Part shown: in pieces, positions 40,683-50,274 of the stretch
How positions within the stretch are numbered: the first letter of the stretch is position 1
Layout: every line of letters begins with the position of its first letter
NCBI GenBank assembly: GCA_030265965.1
Contig: JAJDHA010000002.1
Coordinates: 25,580-89,579 of the forward strand
Reading direction: 5' to 3'
DNA length: 64,000 bases
Source: Odoribacter sp. OttesenSCG-928-L07
Lineage (GTDB): Bacteria > Bacteroidota > Bacteroidia > Bacteroidales > BM520
Translations under genes and position numbers: made by a program
Notes under the pieces: model-generated
The model's input: the letters and a program-made list of their open reading frames with translations, nothing else
Told to the model about the DNA's origin: nothing
Database searches by the model: none

Positions 40683-41585
40683 TTAATACAAAGTTCCGGT
40701 ATTTATTATCGGTTGAGCGGCATCATCAGCACAAAGCACAACCATCAAATTACTAACCATGCTGGCTTTTTTATCTTCATCAAGAGTAACAACTTCTTTC
40801 TCGGATAATTTGTTTAATGCAAGCTCTACCATGCTAACTGCGCCTTCAACAATTTTTTCACGTGCAGCAATAATAGCAGATGCTTGTTGGCGACGTAACA
40901 TTGCTCCCGCAATTTCTGACGCATAAGCCAAATAATTAATTCTCGCTTCAACAACTTTTATTCCTGCCATTGCTAATCTGTCAATTAATTCGAGCTCTAA
41001 TTTTTCATTAACCTCGTCACTATTAGCGCGCAAAGTAGCAAGGTTGTCATGTTCATCATCAATGTTATCATAAGGATACATTCCGGCAACTTTGCGTAGA
41101 GCAGCATCACTTTGAACCCTTACAAATTTTTCATAAGCAAATCTGTTCTTAGCATCATTCTCGATATCGAACATAATTTTGTAGGTATCTTCGATTTTCC
41201 AAACCAAAACTAACCCAATCATAATAGGATTACCTATTTTATCATTAACCTTAATTGGATCAGGATCAATATTACAGATTCTTTGAGAGACTTTTTTCTT
41301 ACTGAACAATGGATTTACCCAAAAGAAACCATTTTTCTTAATAGTTCCTTTGTAAACACCAAAAAACAGAAGAACACACGCCTGATTCGGCTCAATTAGC
41401 ACATATCCTATTGAAAAAAAGACAAACAATAAAATAGCAACAAAACCAGGAATGAGCCATAATTCATTACCGCTTTTGTCAACTTGTACAAAAAATAGAA
41501 TTGCTGCAACAACTAACAACAATTCAATAAAAACCATCAACAACCCGTTAACAGTTACACCGCTGAATTTCATTTCTTTGTTCAT
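40683..41585 (-). CDS. SPFH/Band 7 (stomatin/prohibitin-like) domain membrane protein
   Basis: Two N-terminal TM helices followed by an SPFH core and a coiled C-terminal region ([25 protein letters not shown]). The start is moved to MNKEMKF because the track start overlaps the promoter box. Confidence 0.8.
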   Translation of the reverse strand: MNKEMKFSGVTVNGLLMVFIELLLVVAAILFFVQVDKSGNELWLIPGFVAILLFVFFSIGYVLIEPNQACVLLFFGVYKGTIKKNGFFWVNPLFSKKKVSQRICNIDPDPIKVNDKIGNPIMIGLVLVWKIEDTYKIMFDIENDAKNRFAYEKFVRVQSDAALRKVAGMYPYDNIDDEHDNLATLRANSDEVNEKLELELIDRLAMAGIKVVEARINYLAYASEIAGAMLRRQQASAIIAAREKIVEGAVSMVELALNKLSEKEVVTLDEDKKASMVSNLMVVLCADDAAQPIINTGTLY

Positions 41586-41621
41586 AATATTAAATTTTAA
41601 ATTGATATCATTTTGATATTG

Positions 41622-41629
41622 CAAAGATA
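41622..41629 (-). promoter_or_regulatory. -7 promoter box (TATCTTTG on the minus strand) for the SPFH/Arc-like pair
   Basis: The reverse complement of caaagata lies 37 nt upstream of the ATG at 41585. Confidence 0.5.
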
Positions 41630-41718
41630 TTAAATATTTTTAATATGCAAGTGAAATAATAGACAAAATGACAGAATTTTTCAGAATTAACAATTTTTTT
41701 ATTTAGAAATGAAAGCGT

Positions 41719-41790
41719 GCGTCGTCACTCGTCACTTGTCACTCGTCACTTTTCAAAATAATTTTCAACTTTCAACTTTCAACTTTCAAC
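41719..41790 (-). repeat. GTGACNN array (4 units, 41719-41749) followed by a GTTGAAA array (4 units, 41762-41790), both read on the minus strand
   Basis: Plus strand gtcgtcac tcgtcac ttgtcac tcgtcac ... tttcaac x4. Confidence 0.9.
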
Positions 41791-41797
41791 TATTTTT

Positions 41798-41805
41798 TAT
41801 CTTTG
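41798..41805 (+). promoter_or_regulatory. -7 promoter box TATCTTTG only 7 nt upstream of the tsaB ATG
   Basis: TAnnTTTG match ending at 41805, with the ATG at 41813. This implies a leaderless or near-leaderless mRNA. Confidence 0.45.
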
Positions 41806-41812
41806 CAGCGTT

Positions 41813-42508
41813 ATGCCAAAAATTTTATACATAGAATCTGCAACATCAATTTGTTCGGTCGTTTTAGCTGATGATGAAAAGATTATTTCATTTCGTGAAA
41901 GTGAAGCTACAAACAGTCATTCGGAGTTACTCACAGATTTTATTTACCAAATTCTAAAAGAAAATTTATTGGGGGTTAATGATTTGGATGCGGTTGCTGT
42001 GAGTAAAGGCCCGGGTTCGTACACCGGATTACGTATCGGTGTTTCTGCTGCAAAAGGACTTTGTTACTCTTCAGATATTCCTTTACTTGCTGTTGATACT
42101 CTCAGTTCTATGGCTTACGGCGCTAAAAGTTTGCACAATGATTGTGATTATATCTTTTGTCCAATGATTGATGCAAGGCGAATGGAGGTCTATACCGCTT
42201 TATATGATTCTGATATGAACATTATCTCAGATATTGAAGCAAAGGTTATTGACGAAAATTCTTTCCAAGAAATTTTATCAAATCAAAAAATATTATTCTT
42301 TGGAGATGGAATGTCAAAATGCAAAAACACAATTATTTCGTCAAATGCAATTTTCGATGACAATTATATTATTTCCGCAAAATCATTGATAAAACCTGTT
42401 TTGGAAAAATTCAACAATAAAGACTTTGAAGATATCGCGTATTTTGAACCTTTCTACTTAAAAGATTTCATTGCCGGAAAACCTTCTGTTAAGGCGCTTT
42501 ATGATTAA
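41813..42508 (+). CDS. tsaB: tRNA threonylcarbamoyladenosine biosynthesis protein TsaB (YeaZ)
   Basis: ILYIESATSICSV, VSKGPGSYTGLRIG and a 231-aa length. Confidence 0.88.
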   Translation: MPKILYIESATSICSVVLADDEKIISFRESEATNSHSELLTDFIYQILKENLLGVNDLDAVAVSKGPGSYTGLRIGVSAAKGLCYSSDIPLLAVDTLSSMAYGAKSLHNDCDYIFCPMIDARRMEVYTALYDSDMNIISDIEAKVIDENSFQEILSNQKILFFGDGMSKCKNTIISSNAIFDDNYIISAKSLIKPVLEKFNNKDFEDIAYFEPFYLKDFIAGKPSVKALYD

Positions 42509-42518
42509 CACATTTAAT

Positions 42519-42548
42519 AAGTCCCCTTTAGGGGATTTAGGGGGCAAA
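42519..42548 (+). repeat. Hairpin element AAGTCCCCTTTAGGGGATTTAGGGG(G)CAAA after tsaB (terminator-like)
   Basis: CCCC-TTTA-GGGG hairpin. A near-identical copy in inverted orientation lies at 56731-56759. Confidence 0.75.
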
Positions 42549-42631
42549 CGAGTTTTCGATATAGATATTTACTATTACATATAAAAATCACACTTCGACT
42601 CATTTTTTTCAACATTTTCCACAAAATATAT

Positions 42632-42639
42632 TACTTTTG
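42632..42639 (+). promoter_or_regulatory. -7 promoter box TACTTTTG upstream of the 341-aa/802-aa gene pair
   Basis: TAnnTTTG match 79 nt upstream of the ATG at 42718. Confidence 0.4.
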
Positions 42640-42717
42640 CATCAGATTTTGAAATGCGTTATTAAATGCAGTCGAATCTTTAATTTTTAATTTTCAATAA
42701 CTTAATCAAATAAACAG

Positions 42718-43743
42718 ATGAATTTATTACAAAGAGTCAAATTTTCTATAATTAAAAATCAGATTGAAAAAAGAAAAAAAGATCGTCCTTTTGATTTCGA
42801 ATACGCTGAAAATTATGAAATTCCGCAAGGCGAAACTAACCATCCAAACAATAGCTATTATTTTTCTTTACATGATTCTGTCGGAAAAAGTATTCTTTTT
42901 AGATTAGCTAAACGTGAGAATAGAAACGAAATTTGGTTGGTTTATCATGATATTGATGGAAAATCTTATTGTAATAGAGATTTATTAGCGAATGAAGAAA
43001 CTATCGCTTCTGTAAAATGCCTTAAAGTTGGTGAAGAATGGGAGTTTAATTTTGATGGTCCGATGTATGAAATCAATTCTAATGAAAAAACTTTCATAAA
43101 CGGATCGTTAAAGGGTACTTTTAAATCGACAGCTCCGATTTTTGAATTTTCAAGACATTCAGATTCCGGCGCAACAGCAAGAGCGATTGCAAGAGAAAAA
43201 TTAAGCAAGGCGTTTTTAAAAGAAATGTCAGAAAATCACCAAGTCCACTACGAACAAGCTGGACAAGCAAGTGGCACAATAATTATTGGTGACGAAACTT
43301 TCTCTTTTGACATGCGTGCAATGCGCGATCATTCTTTCGGAAAAAGGGATTGGAATTACATGGATAGACATATTTGGTTAATGGCGCTTTTGGAAAACGG
43401 AGAAGTAATGAATGTAAATATGGTTCGTTACCCCGCTATTTTTGAAATGCAACATGGTTATTATGAAAAAGATGGCAAATACATTTGCGTTGATTCTTGC
43501 ACTGAGATGGACAAAATATCTCTTTCAAATAATACTCCAAGCAAATTTTCTTGCGATATTCAATTAGTTGACGGCAGAAAAGTTGAAATGACCTGCGAAA
43601 AAGAAATCGAAGTTCCTTTCGTTTTTGATAACGGAGCTTTCACAATTTTTGAAGGTATCGGCAAACTTAATGTTGACGGTATCAAAGGTCGTGGAGTAAT
43701 TGAATTTGGATATAACGGAGATAAAAACAGATGGACGAGATAA
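42718..43743 (+). CDS. Hypothetical protein, possibly a lipocalin/AttH-CrtC-like beta-rich fold
   Basis: 341 aa with no signal peptide. The motif MRDHSFGKRDWNYMDRHIW resembles the RDxSWGxRxW pattern I associate with AttH/CrtC-like and DUF7064-type domains. This is from memory only. Confidence 0.45.
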   Translation: MNLLQRVKFSIIKNQIEKRKKDRPFDFEYAENYEIPQGETNHPNNSYYFSLHDSVGKSILFRLAKRENRNEIWLVYHDIDGKSYCNRDLLANEETIASVKCLKVGEEWEFNFDGPMYEINSNEKTFINGSLKGTFKSTAPIFEFSRHSDSGATARAIAREKLSKAFLKEMSENHQVHYEQAGQASGTIIIGDETFSFDMRAMRDHSFGKRDWNYMDRHIWLMALLENGEVMNVNMVRYPAIFEMQHGYYEKDGKYICVDSCTEMDKISLSNNTPSKFSCDIQLVDGRKVEMTCEKEIEVPFVFDNGAFTIFEGIGKLNVDGIKGRGVIEFGYNGDKNRWTR

Positions 43744-43746
43744 CTT

Positions 43747-46155
43747 ATGGATATATATAAACTTAACGAAATACCACAAGAAAAATTTAGCGAAGTCGGT
43801 GGAAAAGCAAAAGGATTATGTTTGCTGGCACAATCGGGAATAAATATTGCACCCGGATTTGTTTTAATGAATATAACAAGTACTGACGATTTAGAAAATG
43901 CAGCACAGTATTATTTGAACAGCGGACTTCAAACCGTTGCTGTTCGTTCTTCTGCTAATTCAGAAGACGGAAGCGATTTTTCTAATGCAGGACAGTATAA
44001 AACTTTTTTAAATGTTTCAGGTGAAGAAGAATTTAAGAAATCTGTTCTTGAATGTCTTGAATCATTAAACAGTACAGAAGCAGAAAGTTACTCTTCATTT
44101 TTTAATCAGGCAAAAAGCAATAAGATGTCGGTTGTAGTTCAACAAATGGTTGACGCAACAAAAGCCGGTATATGTTTTACAGTTGATCCAAACGGCAATA
44201 AAGATACATTACTTATTGAAGCAGTTCAGGGAGTTGGCGAATCTTTGGTTTCTGGTTTTGAAAGTGCAAAACAATATGTTATTGACAAAACTGACTTAAA
44301 AAATATTGACAAAAGCAATCTAAACGGACTTCTTACTTTACAAGAGATAAAAGAAATTGTAAATAATTCTTTAAAGGCAAGCGAACATTTTGAATCTCAA
44401 TTAGATTTAGAATGGGCTATCGACAAAAACAATAATGTTCTTTGGCTTCAAGCTCGTCCGATTACTACATTAAACGAAGTTGATATTCACGAGTTAGATC
44501 CGAAATGGGATTTAAAAGGACAATTAACTACAACATGTAATATCAGTGAAATGATGCCGGGCGCTGTAACTCCATTAACATTATCAACCTCAGTTTATGC
44601 TATAGATTGGGGGCTACGTAAAATGATGGTTAGTTCGGGAGTTTACAAAAAATTGGAAGATGTTCCGGAAGGAATTTCAGCTTTTAGTATTGGTAATCAT
44701 CTTTTCCTTAATTTAACTACTATAGGACAACTTTCTGAACATGTTATCGGGGCAAGTTCAGATGCAATTGAATTGAGCCTTTGCGGACGAATAATCGAAC
44801 ATCCTGAAGATTACAAAAAACAAGTTCGCAAAGTTGGCACAATTAAGGGTATGATTAATGGGATTCATTACGCAGGTTTTATCCTTTCTCGTAATAAAGC
44901 AAGGAAAAAATTAACTGCTTTAGCAAGCAAATATCAATTTCACAATCAAGATACTATTGAAAAGCAATTTGATGCATTGGAGAAAGCTAAAGATGTGGTT
45001 AACGAAACATTTTTGTATCATTACATTACATCAGCGCATTCAGGTGCTATGAGCAGCGCATTAAATATTGCTTTATCGCAAGATATTCCACAAGAGGAAG
45101 TTCGTGCTATTATTGCCGAAGCCTTAGAAAACATTGACGGAATTGAAAGTGTAGATATTTTGCGTTCTCTTAGAAAGATAGCGAGAGATGTAATTGAGGA
45201 AATGCCCGACTTAGAAAGTAAATCCAAAGAAGATATCTTGTATTACCTTAAAACGAGCAACGGCAAATCTCATGAAAGTTACGAATACTTTATCAAAAGA
45301 CATGGACATAGAGCAGTGCGTGAAGCCGAGATTTCAAGTATGGGCTGGGAAGATGATGAGAAAGGATTTATGGATTATCTTTCAACAGTAATTTCTTCCG
45401 GCGGCATCGAACCTGCAAAAAACAACGAAGGATATAATCCATTTAAAGAAATAGATAATCGCTACAAGGGCGCTAAAAGAAAAATCTTCCGTTATCTTGT
45501 TTCGCAAGCAAGAACAGGAGTTGTCAACAGAGAGTCTTCCAAATCTTCAATTGTAAAAGTTTTAAATGAAGTAAAAAAAGGTTACCGACATCTTGCTAAA
45601 CAATTGCAAGAAGCAGGAGTTATGCAAGATGTGGAGTTAATTTATTTCCTTCAACATCACGAAATTGGAGAATTAGTTAGAACTCACGATGCCACATTAG
45701 TTAAGTTAGCTTTACAACGTAAACGATTGTATGAGGAGCAAAAGCACCTAACATTTAAAGACATTCATTTCGACCGTCCTGTTCCTGAAGTTATTGACTT
45801 ACTGAGCGGTGTTCCGGGCACAGAATTAAAAGGAACGCCAATCAGCAGAGGAATTGCAGAAGGCAAAGCAAGAGTGGTTAAATCATTACAAGATGCAAAT
45901 CAATTACAGAAAGGCGAAATAATGGTTGCCGCATTTACCGATATCGGTTGGTCGCCATATTATTGTAAGATTGAAGCTTTGATAACAGAGGTAGGCTCTG
46001 TTTTATCTCACGGCGCAGTGGTTGCAAGAGAATACACTTTACCATTAGTATCTAATATTAAAGGTGCAACAGCAATTATCAAGACCGGGGATAAAATAAT
46101 GGTAAACGGAACAACGGGAGTTGTGAAGATATTGGAAACGGAAAGTTGTGTTTAG
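43747..46155 (+). CDS. PEP-utilising / PPDK_N family phosphotransferase (PEP synthase-like; rifampin-phosphotransferase-like domain order)
   Basis: N-terminal ATP-grasp nucleotide-binding part (VGGKAKGL...VAVRSSANSEDG...QQMV...LEWA) and a C-terminal swivelling phosphohistidine domain (GEIMVAAFTDIGWSPYY...GSVLSHGAVVAREY, His codon at 46009-46011). There is no PEP/pyruvate TIM-barrel domain. Confidence 0.8.
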   Translation: MDIYKLNEIPQEKFSEVGGKAKGLCLLAQSGINIAPGFVLMNITSTDDLENAAQYYLNSGLQTVAVRSSANSEDGSDFSNAGQYKTFLNVSGEEEFKKSVLECLESLNSTEAESYSSFFNQAKSNKMSVVVQQMVDATKAGICFTVDPNGNKDTLLIEAVQGVGESLVSGFESAKQYVIDKTDLKNIDKSNLNGLLTLQEIKEIVNNSLKASEHFESQLDLEWAIDKNNNVLWLQARPITTLNEVDIHELDPKWDLKGQLTTTCNISEMMPGAVTPLTLSTSVYAIDWGLRKMMVSSGVYKKLEDVPEGISAFSIGNHLFLNLTTIGQLSEHVIGASSDAIELSLCGRIIEHPEDYKKQVRKVGTIKGMINGIHYAGFILSRNKARKKLTALASKYQFHNQDTIEKQFDALEKAKDVVNETFLYHYITSAHSGAMSSALNIALSQDIPQEEVRAIIAEALENIDGIESVDILRSLRKIARDVIEEMPDLESKSKEDILYYLKTSNGKSHESYEYFIKRHGHRAVREAEISSMGWEDDEKGFMDYLSTVISSGGIEPAKNNEGYNPFKEIDNRYKGAKRKIFRYLVSQARTGVVNRESSKSSIVKVLNEVKKGYRHLAKQLQEAGVMQDVELIYFLQHHEIGELVRTHDATLVKLALQRKRLYEEQKHLTFKDIHFDRPVPEVIDLLSGVPGTELKGTPISRGIAEGKARVVKSLQDANQLQKGEIMVAAFTDIGWSPYYCKIEALITEVGSVLSHGAVVAREYTLPLVSNIKGATAIIKTGDKIMVNGTTGVVKILETESCV

Positions 46156-46158
46156 GGT

Positions 46159-46674
46159 TTAAGGTTTCTTTCCTCGTGTGTGGAAGATAAACTGGTCAAT
46201 CATTACAAATGAACTTGTTATTAATGTATTTATTATTACAAGAAATAATGTTCTGAAGAAGTGTTGTAAAGTGAATACATCTAAAAAGAACAATGCAAGA
46301 TGGTGAATAAATACAAATAACAAAGTATAAAGAACAAATGATTTAATATCAAACCAAGATATCTCAGGATAAACTCCTTGTTTAATTTCTTTAACGTTAT
46401 GAAATAATTTTATTAAGAATGGACGAGTTGCGCAAGCCAAAACACAAGCAGCAGCATGAAGTCCCAAGACTCCTGAAAAAACATCTATCGTAAATCCTGT
46501 AATAAATCCTAACACTAACAACAACCAATTTTTGGTATGAACAGGAAGCGACAAAAGAAAAATAAGATATATGTACGGATTATAATATCCAAATAATCTG
46601 ATATTATTAAAGATCAATATTTGGAGAATTACAACAATAGCAAATCTAATTATATGTGGATATATTTTATTCAT
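46159..46674 (-). CDS. mreD: Rod shape-determining protein MreD
   Basis: 171-aa polytopic membrane protein directly downstream of mreC. Confidence 0.8.
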   Translation of the reverse strand: MNKIYPHIIRFAIVVILQILIFNNIRLFGYYNPYIYLIFLLSLPVHTKNWLLLVLGFITGFTIDVFSGVLGLHAAACVLACATRPFLIKLFHNVKEIKQGVYPEISWFDIKSFVLYTLLFVFIHHLALFFLDVFTLQHFFRTLFLVIINTLITSSFVMIDQFIFHTRGKKP

Positions 46675-47506
46675 TAATGTTTAATAAGGAATCTATTTCG
46701 TTTTTATAAAAATTTTCCACTACATAAACCAGATTGAGTTTTCTATAATCTTCAATAAATGAAACATCTATATTATAGAATCCGTTTCCATTATTATGAG
46801 AAAAATCAGTGATAATACCAATTGGGATATTTAAGGGATATCTTTGTGTATGTCCGCTTGTTACAATTGTATCTCCAATATTTATTTTAGCATGAAGCGG
46901 CACTCCTGTCATTTCACCTTTCTTATAATCCAATCCATTCCAACTAATGATACCATATTCATAATCATTTTTAAGTTTTGCGCTAATCTTTGATCGAGAA
47001 TGCAAAACAGGCAAAACTGTTGCGAAATGTTCTGTAACTCCGGTTACCACACCAACAACACTTGTTGGAGAAACTACACCCATATTTATTTCAACACCAT
47101 CATGTTTGCCTTTATTAATGATAATATGGTTATTTCGCTTATTGACAGAATTATTGATTACTTGAGCAGGAATATAAGTAAACATTTGAAAATTGTTCTC
47201 ATCATTAAACATCAAACTATCTGCCGGCAATTCCGTTTGTGAATCATCTCTATACGATTCTTTCAGTTTAGACCTCAAATAAGCATTTTCTACTTGCAAA
47301 GAATGGTTATCTGATTTCAATTTAAAAAAGTTGGAAATACCTGATGAAAAATTAAAGACTCTGCCTTCAATACTTGTTATTACAGAACCGGAAACTGCTC
47401 TTTGATAATCGTTAGTACTGATTATTAGCCACAGTGCCAGTGCTTCAAGTATTATGAAAACAAAAATATAATTATGCTTCTGTAGAAACCTGAAAAAGTT
47501 AAGCAT
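46667..47506 (-). CDS. mreC: Rod shape-determining protein MreC
   Basis: N-terminal TM, a coiled-coil segment (LQVENAYLRSKLKE) and the beta-rich MreC core (GDTIVTSG). Confidence 0.85.
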   Translation of the reverse strand: MLNFFRFLQKHNYIFVFIILEALALWLIISTNDYQRAVSGSVITSIEGRVFNFSSGISNFFKLKSDNHSLQVENAYLRSKLKESYRDDSQTELPADSLMFNDENNFQMFTYIPAQVINNSVNKRNNHIIINKGKHDGVEINMGVVSPTSVVGVVTGVTEHFATVLPVLHSRSKISAKLKNDYEYGIISWNGLDYKKGEMTGVPLHAKINIGDTIVTSGHTQRYPLNIPIGIITDFSHNNGNGFYNIDVSFIEDYRKLNLVYVVENFYKNEIDSLLNINE

Positions 47507-47519
47507 AATTCATTCAATA

Positions 47520-48542
47520 TTATTTAATCAAGAAAGTAAATTTGTTGAAATTTTTGAGTGCGATACCTGTACCGCGTGCCACAGCTCTAAGTGGATCATC
47601 GGCAACATGTACCGGTAATTTTGTCATTCTACTGATTCGTTTATCCAATCCTCTTAGTAATGAGCCACCGCCTGCAAGGTAGATACCTGTTCTATAGATA
47701 TCTGCAGATAATTCCGGTGGTGTTTTTTCTAATGCATTGAGAATTGCGGTTTCAATTTTCGAAATTGATTTTGAGATGGCATCACTTATTTCCGAGTAAT
47801 TTACTTTAATAGCTCTTGGGATTCCCGTCATCATATCTCTACCGTGGACTTCATAATCTTCTGGTGGTACTTCAAGGTCTTTTATTGCAGCACCAACTTC
47901 TATTTTAATATTTTCTGCAGTTCTGTCGCCAATACTAATTTTGTGTTCTATTCTCATATACTCTACGATATCAGCATTTAGGTCATCACCGGCAGTTCTA
48001 ATAGAAGTATTATTTACGATACCGCCCAAAGAAATAACTGCAATTTCAGATGTACCTCCACCGATATCAACAATCATATTTCCTGTTGGTTCGAGAACAT
48101 CTATTCCGATGCCTATTGCAGCAGCCATTGGTTCATGAATAAGTTTCACTTCGCGAGCGCCGGCTTGTTCTGCAGAATCTTTTACTGCTCTTTCTTCCAC
48201 ATCTGTAATACCTGATGGAATACAGATAACCATTTTAAGCGCAGGAGAAAACAATCCACGTTTAATATGTACCATTTTGATAAATTCACGAATCATATGT
48301 TCTGCCGATTGAAAATCTGCAATAACACCGTCGCGCAGAGGTCTAATAGTTTTTATATTTTCGTGTGTTCTACCATGCATCATTAATGCACGTTTTCCGA
48401 CAGCTAAAATTTTCCCTGTATTTTGTTCAATTGCAACAATTGACGGTTCATCAACAACAACTTGGTCATTATATATTATAAGAGTATTAGCAGTTCCAAG
48501 GTCAATGGCTATCTCTTTGGTAAATAGATTTAGTCCGCTCAT
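47520..48542 (-). CDS. mreB: Rod shape-determining protein MreB
   Basis: Actin-fold motifs IDLGTANTLI, DIGGGTSEIAVISLGG and LAGGGSLLRGLD. Confidence 0.97.
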   Translation of the reverse strand: MSGLNLFTKEIAIDLGTANTLIIYNDQVVVDEPSIVAIEQNTGKILAVGKRALMMHGRTHENIKTIRPLRDGVIADFQSAEHMIREFIKMVHIKRGLFSPALKMVICIPSGITDVEERAVKDSAEQAGAREVKLIHEPMAAAIGIGIDVLEPTGNMIVDIGGGTSEIAVISLGGIVNNTSIRTAGDDLNADIVEYMRIEHKISIGDRTAENIKIEVGAAIKDLEVPPEDYEVHGRDMMTGIPRAIKVNYSEISDAISKSISKIETAILNALEKTPPELSADIYRTGIYLAGGGSLLRGLDKRISRMTKLPVHVADDPLRAVARGTGIALKNFNKFTFLIK

Positions 48543-48547
48543 ATTTT

Positions 48548-50074
48548 TTAGTGTTTGAAATGTCTGTGGCCTGTAAAGACCATTTTCATGTTATTATTAT
48601 TACAAAATTCTATACTATCATTATCTCTAACTGATCCCCCGGGTTGAATTATTGTTGTAATACCTTCTTGTAAAGCAATTTCAACACAATCTGCGAAAGG
48701 GAAAAAAGCATCGGAACCCATTACGGCTCCATTTAAATCAAAACCAAAAGCTTTAGCCTTTGTAATTGCTTGCTTTAATGCGTCAACTCTTGATGTTTGG
48801 CCTGTACCACATCCGATTAATTGTTTGTTTTTTACAAGAGTAATTGCGTTAGATTTAATATGTTTAACTGCAATATTCGCAAAAATCAGATCTTCAATCT
48901 CGCGTTCGTCAGGTCTAATATTAGTAACGTAATTAAAGTCGCTGATATTATCCGTTACATTATCATAATCTTGAGTAAGGCATCCGTTTAATATCGATTT
49001 AAATGATGTTTGCTCAATATCATTACTGTTTTTCTTTAAAATAATTCTATTCTTTTTTGATTTAAGAATATCGAGAGCTTCTGAAGAATAATCAGTTGCA
49101 AGTATTATCTCAAAGAAAAGTTTATTAATTTCATTAGCAAGAACGATATTATCTATAGGACCATTAAGAAAGATTACGCCGCCAAAAGCTGAAACCGGAT
49201 CGCAAGCCAATGCGTCAGTCCATGCTTGTAACATATTACTGCGAGACGCTAATCCGCAAGCATTTGTATGTTTAATAATTGCAACAGAAGGTTCAATAAA
49301 CTCATTAATTAGTCTAATCCCCGAGTCAAGGTCAACCAAATTATTATATGACAATTCTTTTCCATGTAATTGAGTAAATATTTCATTTAAATTGCCATAG
49401 AAATTTGCTGTTTGATGTGGGTTTTCGCCGTATCTAAGCGTATGACCTTCTTTATAATTAATCTTTAATGCATTGATAATATTATCTTTATTAAAATAAT
49501 TGAAGATTATCGAATCATAATATGATGAAACATTAAAGGCATTTGTTGCCATTTTTCGTCTGTATTCCAAGGATGTTTTGCAATTTTCATTTTTAAGAAT
49601 ATTAACTAACTCCGGAATTTGTTTGACATCTGAAATTATAGTCACATCTTTGAAATTTTTTGCAGCTGCTCTTATTAATGATATTCCACCGATATCAATT
49701 TTTTCGATAATATCTTCATCATTTGCGCCGCTTTTAACTGTATTTTCAAATGGATATAAATCCACAACAACAAGATCAACAGAAGGAATATCGTATTCTG
49801 CTACATCCGAAATATCCTGCTCATAATCGCGTCGATTTAAGATAGCGCCAAAAACTTTAGGATGCAATGTTTTCACTCTTCCTCCTAAAATAGACGGATA
49901 ACCGGTAATTGTTTCAACTTTTGTGAGAGGTGCTTTATAATTTTTCCCGGAAATATAATCGAAAGTGCCGCCGGTTGTCAAAATTTCAACATTGTTTTCC
50001 TCAAGAATCTCTAATAATTCGTCAATTCCGTTTTTGTTAAAAATAGAAATCAACGCTTTTTTTATTATTTTCAT
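48548..50074 (-). CDS. purH: Bifunctional AICAR formyltransferase / IMP cyclohydrolase
   Basis: MGS-like N-terminal domain (ALISIFNK...GGRVKTLHPK) and the AICARFT C-terminal domain ending HFKH. Confidence 0.95.
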   Translation of the reverse strand: MKIIKKALISIFNKNGIDELLEILEENNVEILTTGGTFDYISGKNYKAPLTKVETITGYPSILGGRVKTLHPKVFGAILNRRDYEQDISDVAEYDIPSVDLVVVDLYPFENTVKSGANDEDIIEKIDIGGISLIRAAAKNFKDVTIISDVKQIPELVNILKNENCKTSLEYRRKMATNAFNVSSYYDSIIFNYFNKDNIINALKINYKEGHTLRYGENPHQTANFYGNLNEIFTQLHGKELSYNNLVDLDSGIRLINEFIEPSVAIIKHTNACGLASRSNMLQAWTDALACDPVSAFGGVIFLNGPIDNIVLANEINKLFFEIILATDYSSEALDILKSKKNRIILKKNSNDIEQTSFKSILNGCLTQDYDNVTDNISDFNYVTNIRPDEREIEDLIFANIAVKHIKSNAITLVKNKQLIGCGTGQTSRVDALKQAITKAKAFGFDLNGAVMGSDAFFPFADCVEIALQEGITTIIQPGGSVRDNDSIEFCNNNNMKMVFTGHRHFKH

Positions 50075-50274
50075 ATTTGAAAAGTGGATTTATTCAATTT
50101 ATTTAATTGTTTTTTAAGCAATTTTTTTAATGAAAAATTACGAATTTTAATTTGCAATGTTATGCAATTTTTTGATAATTACCAACATTATTTGAAAAAA
50201 AATTTTTTATTTTTTTTTCTTGCTAAAATGAATTATTTTCTCTATTTTTACCGAATTAATTTAGCTAAAATTTT

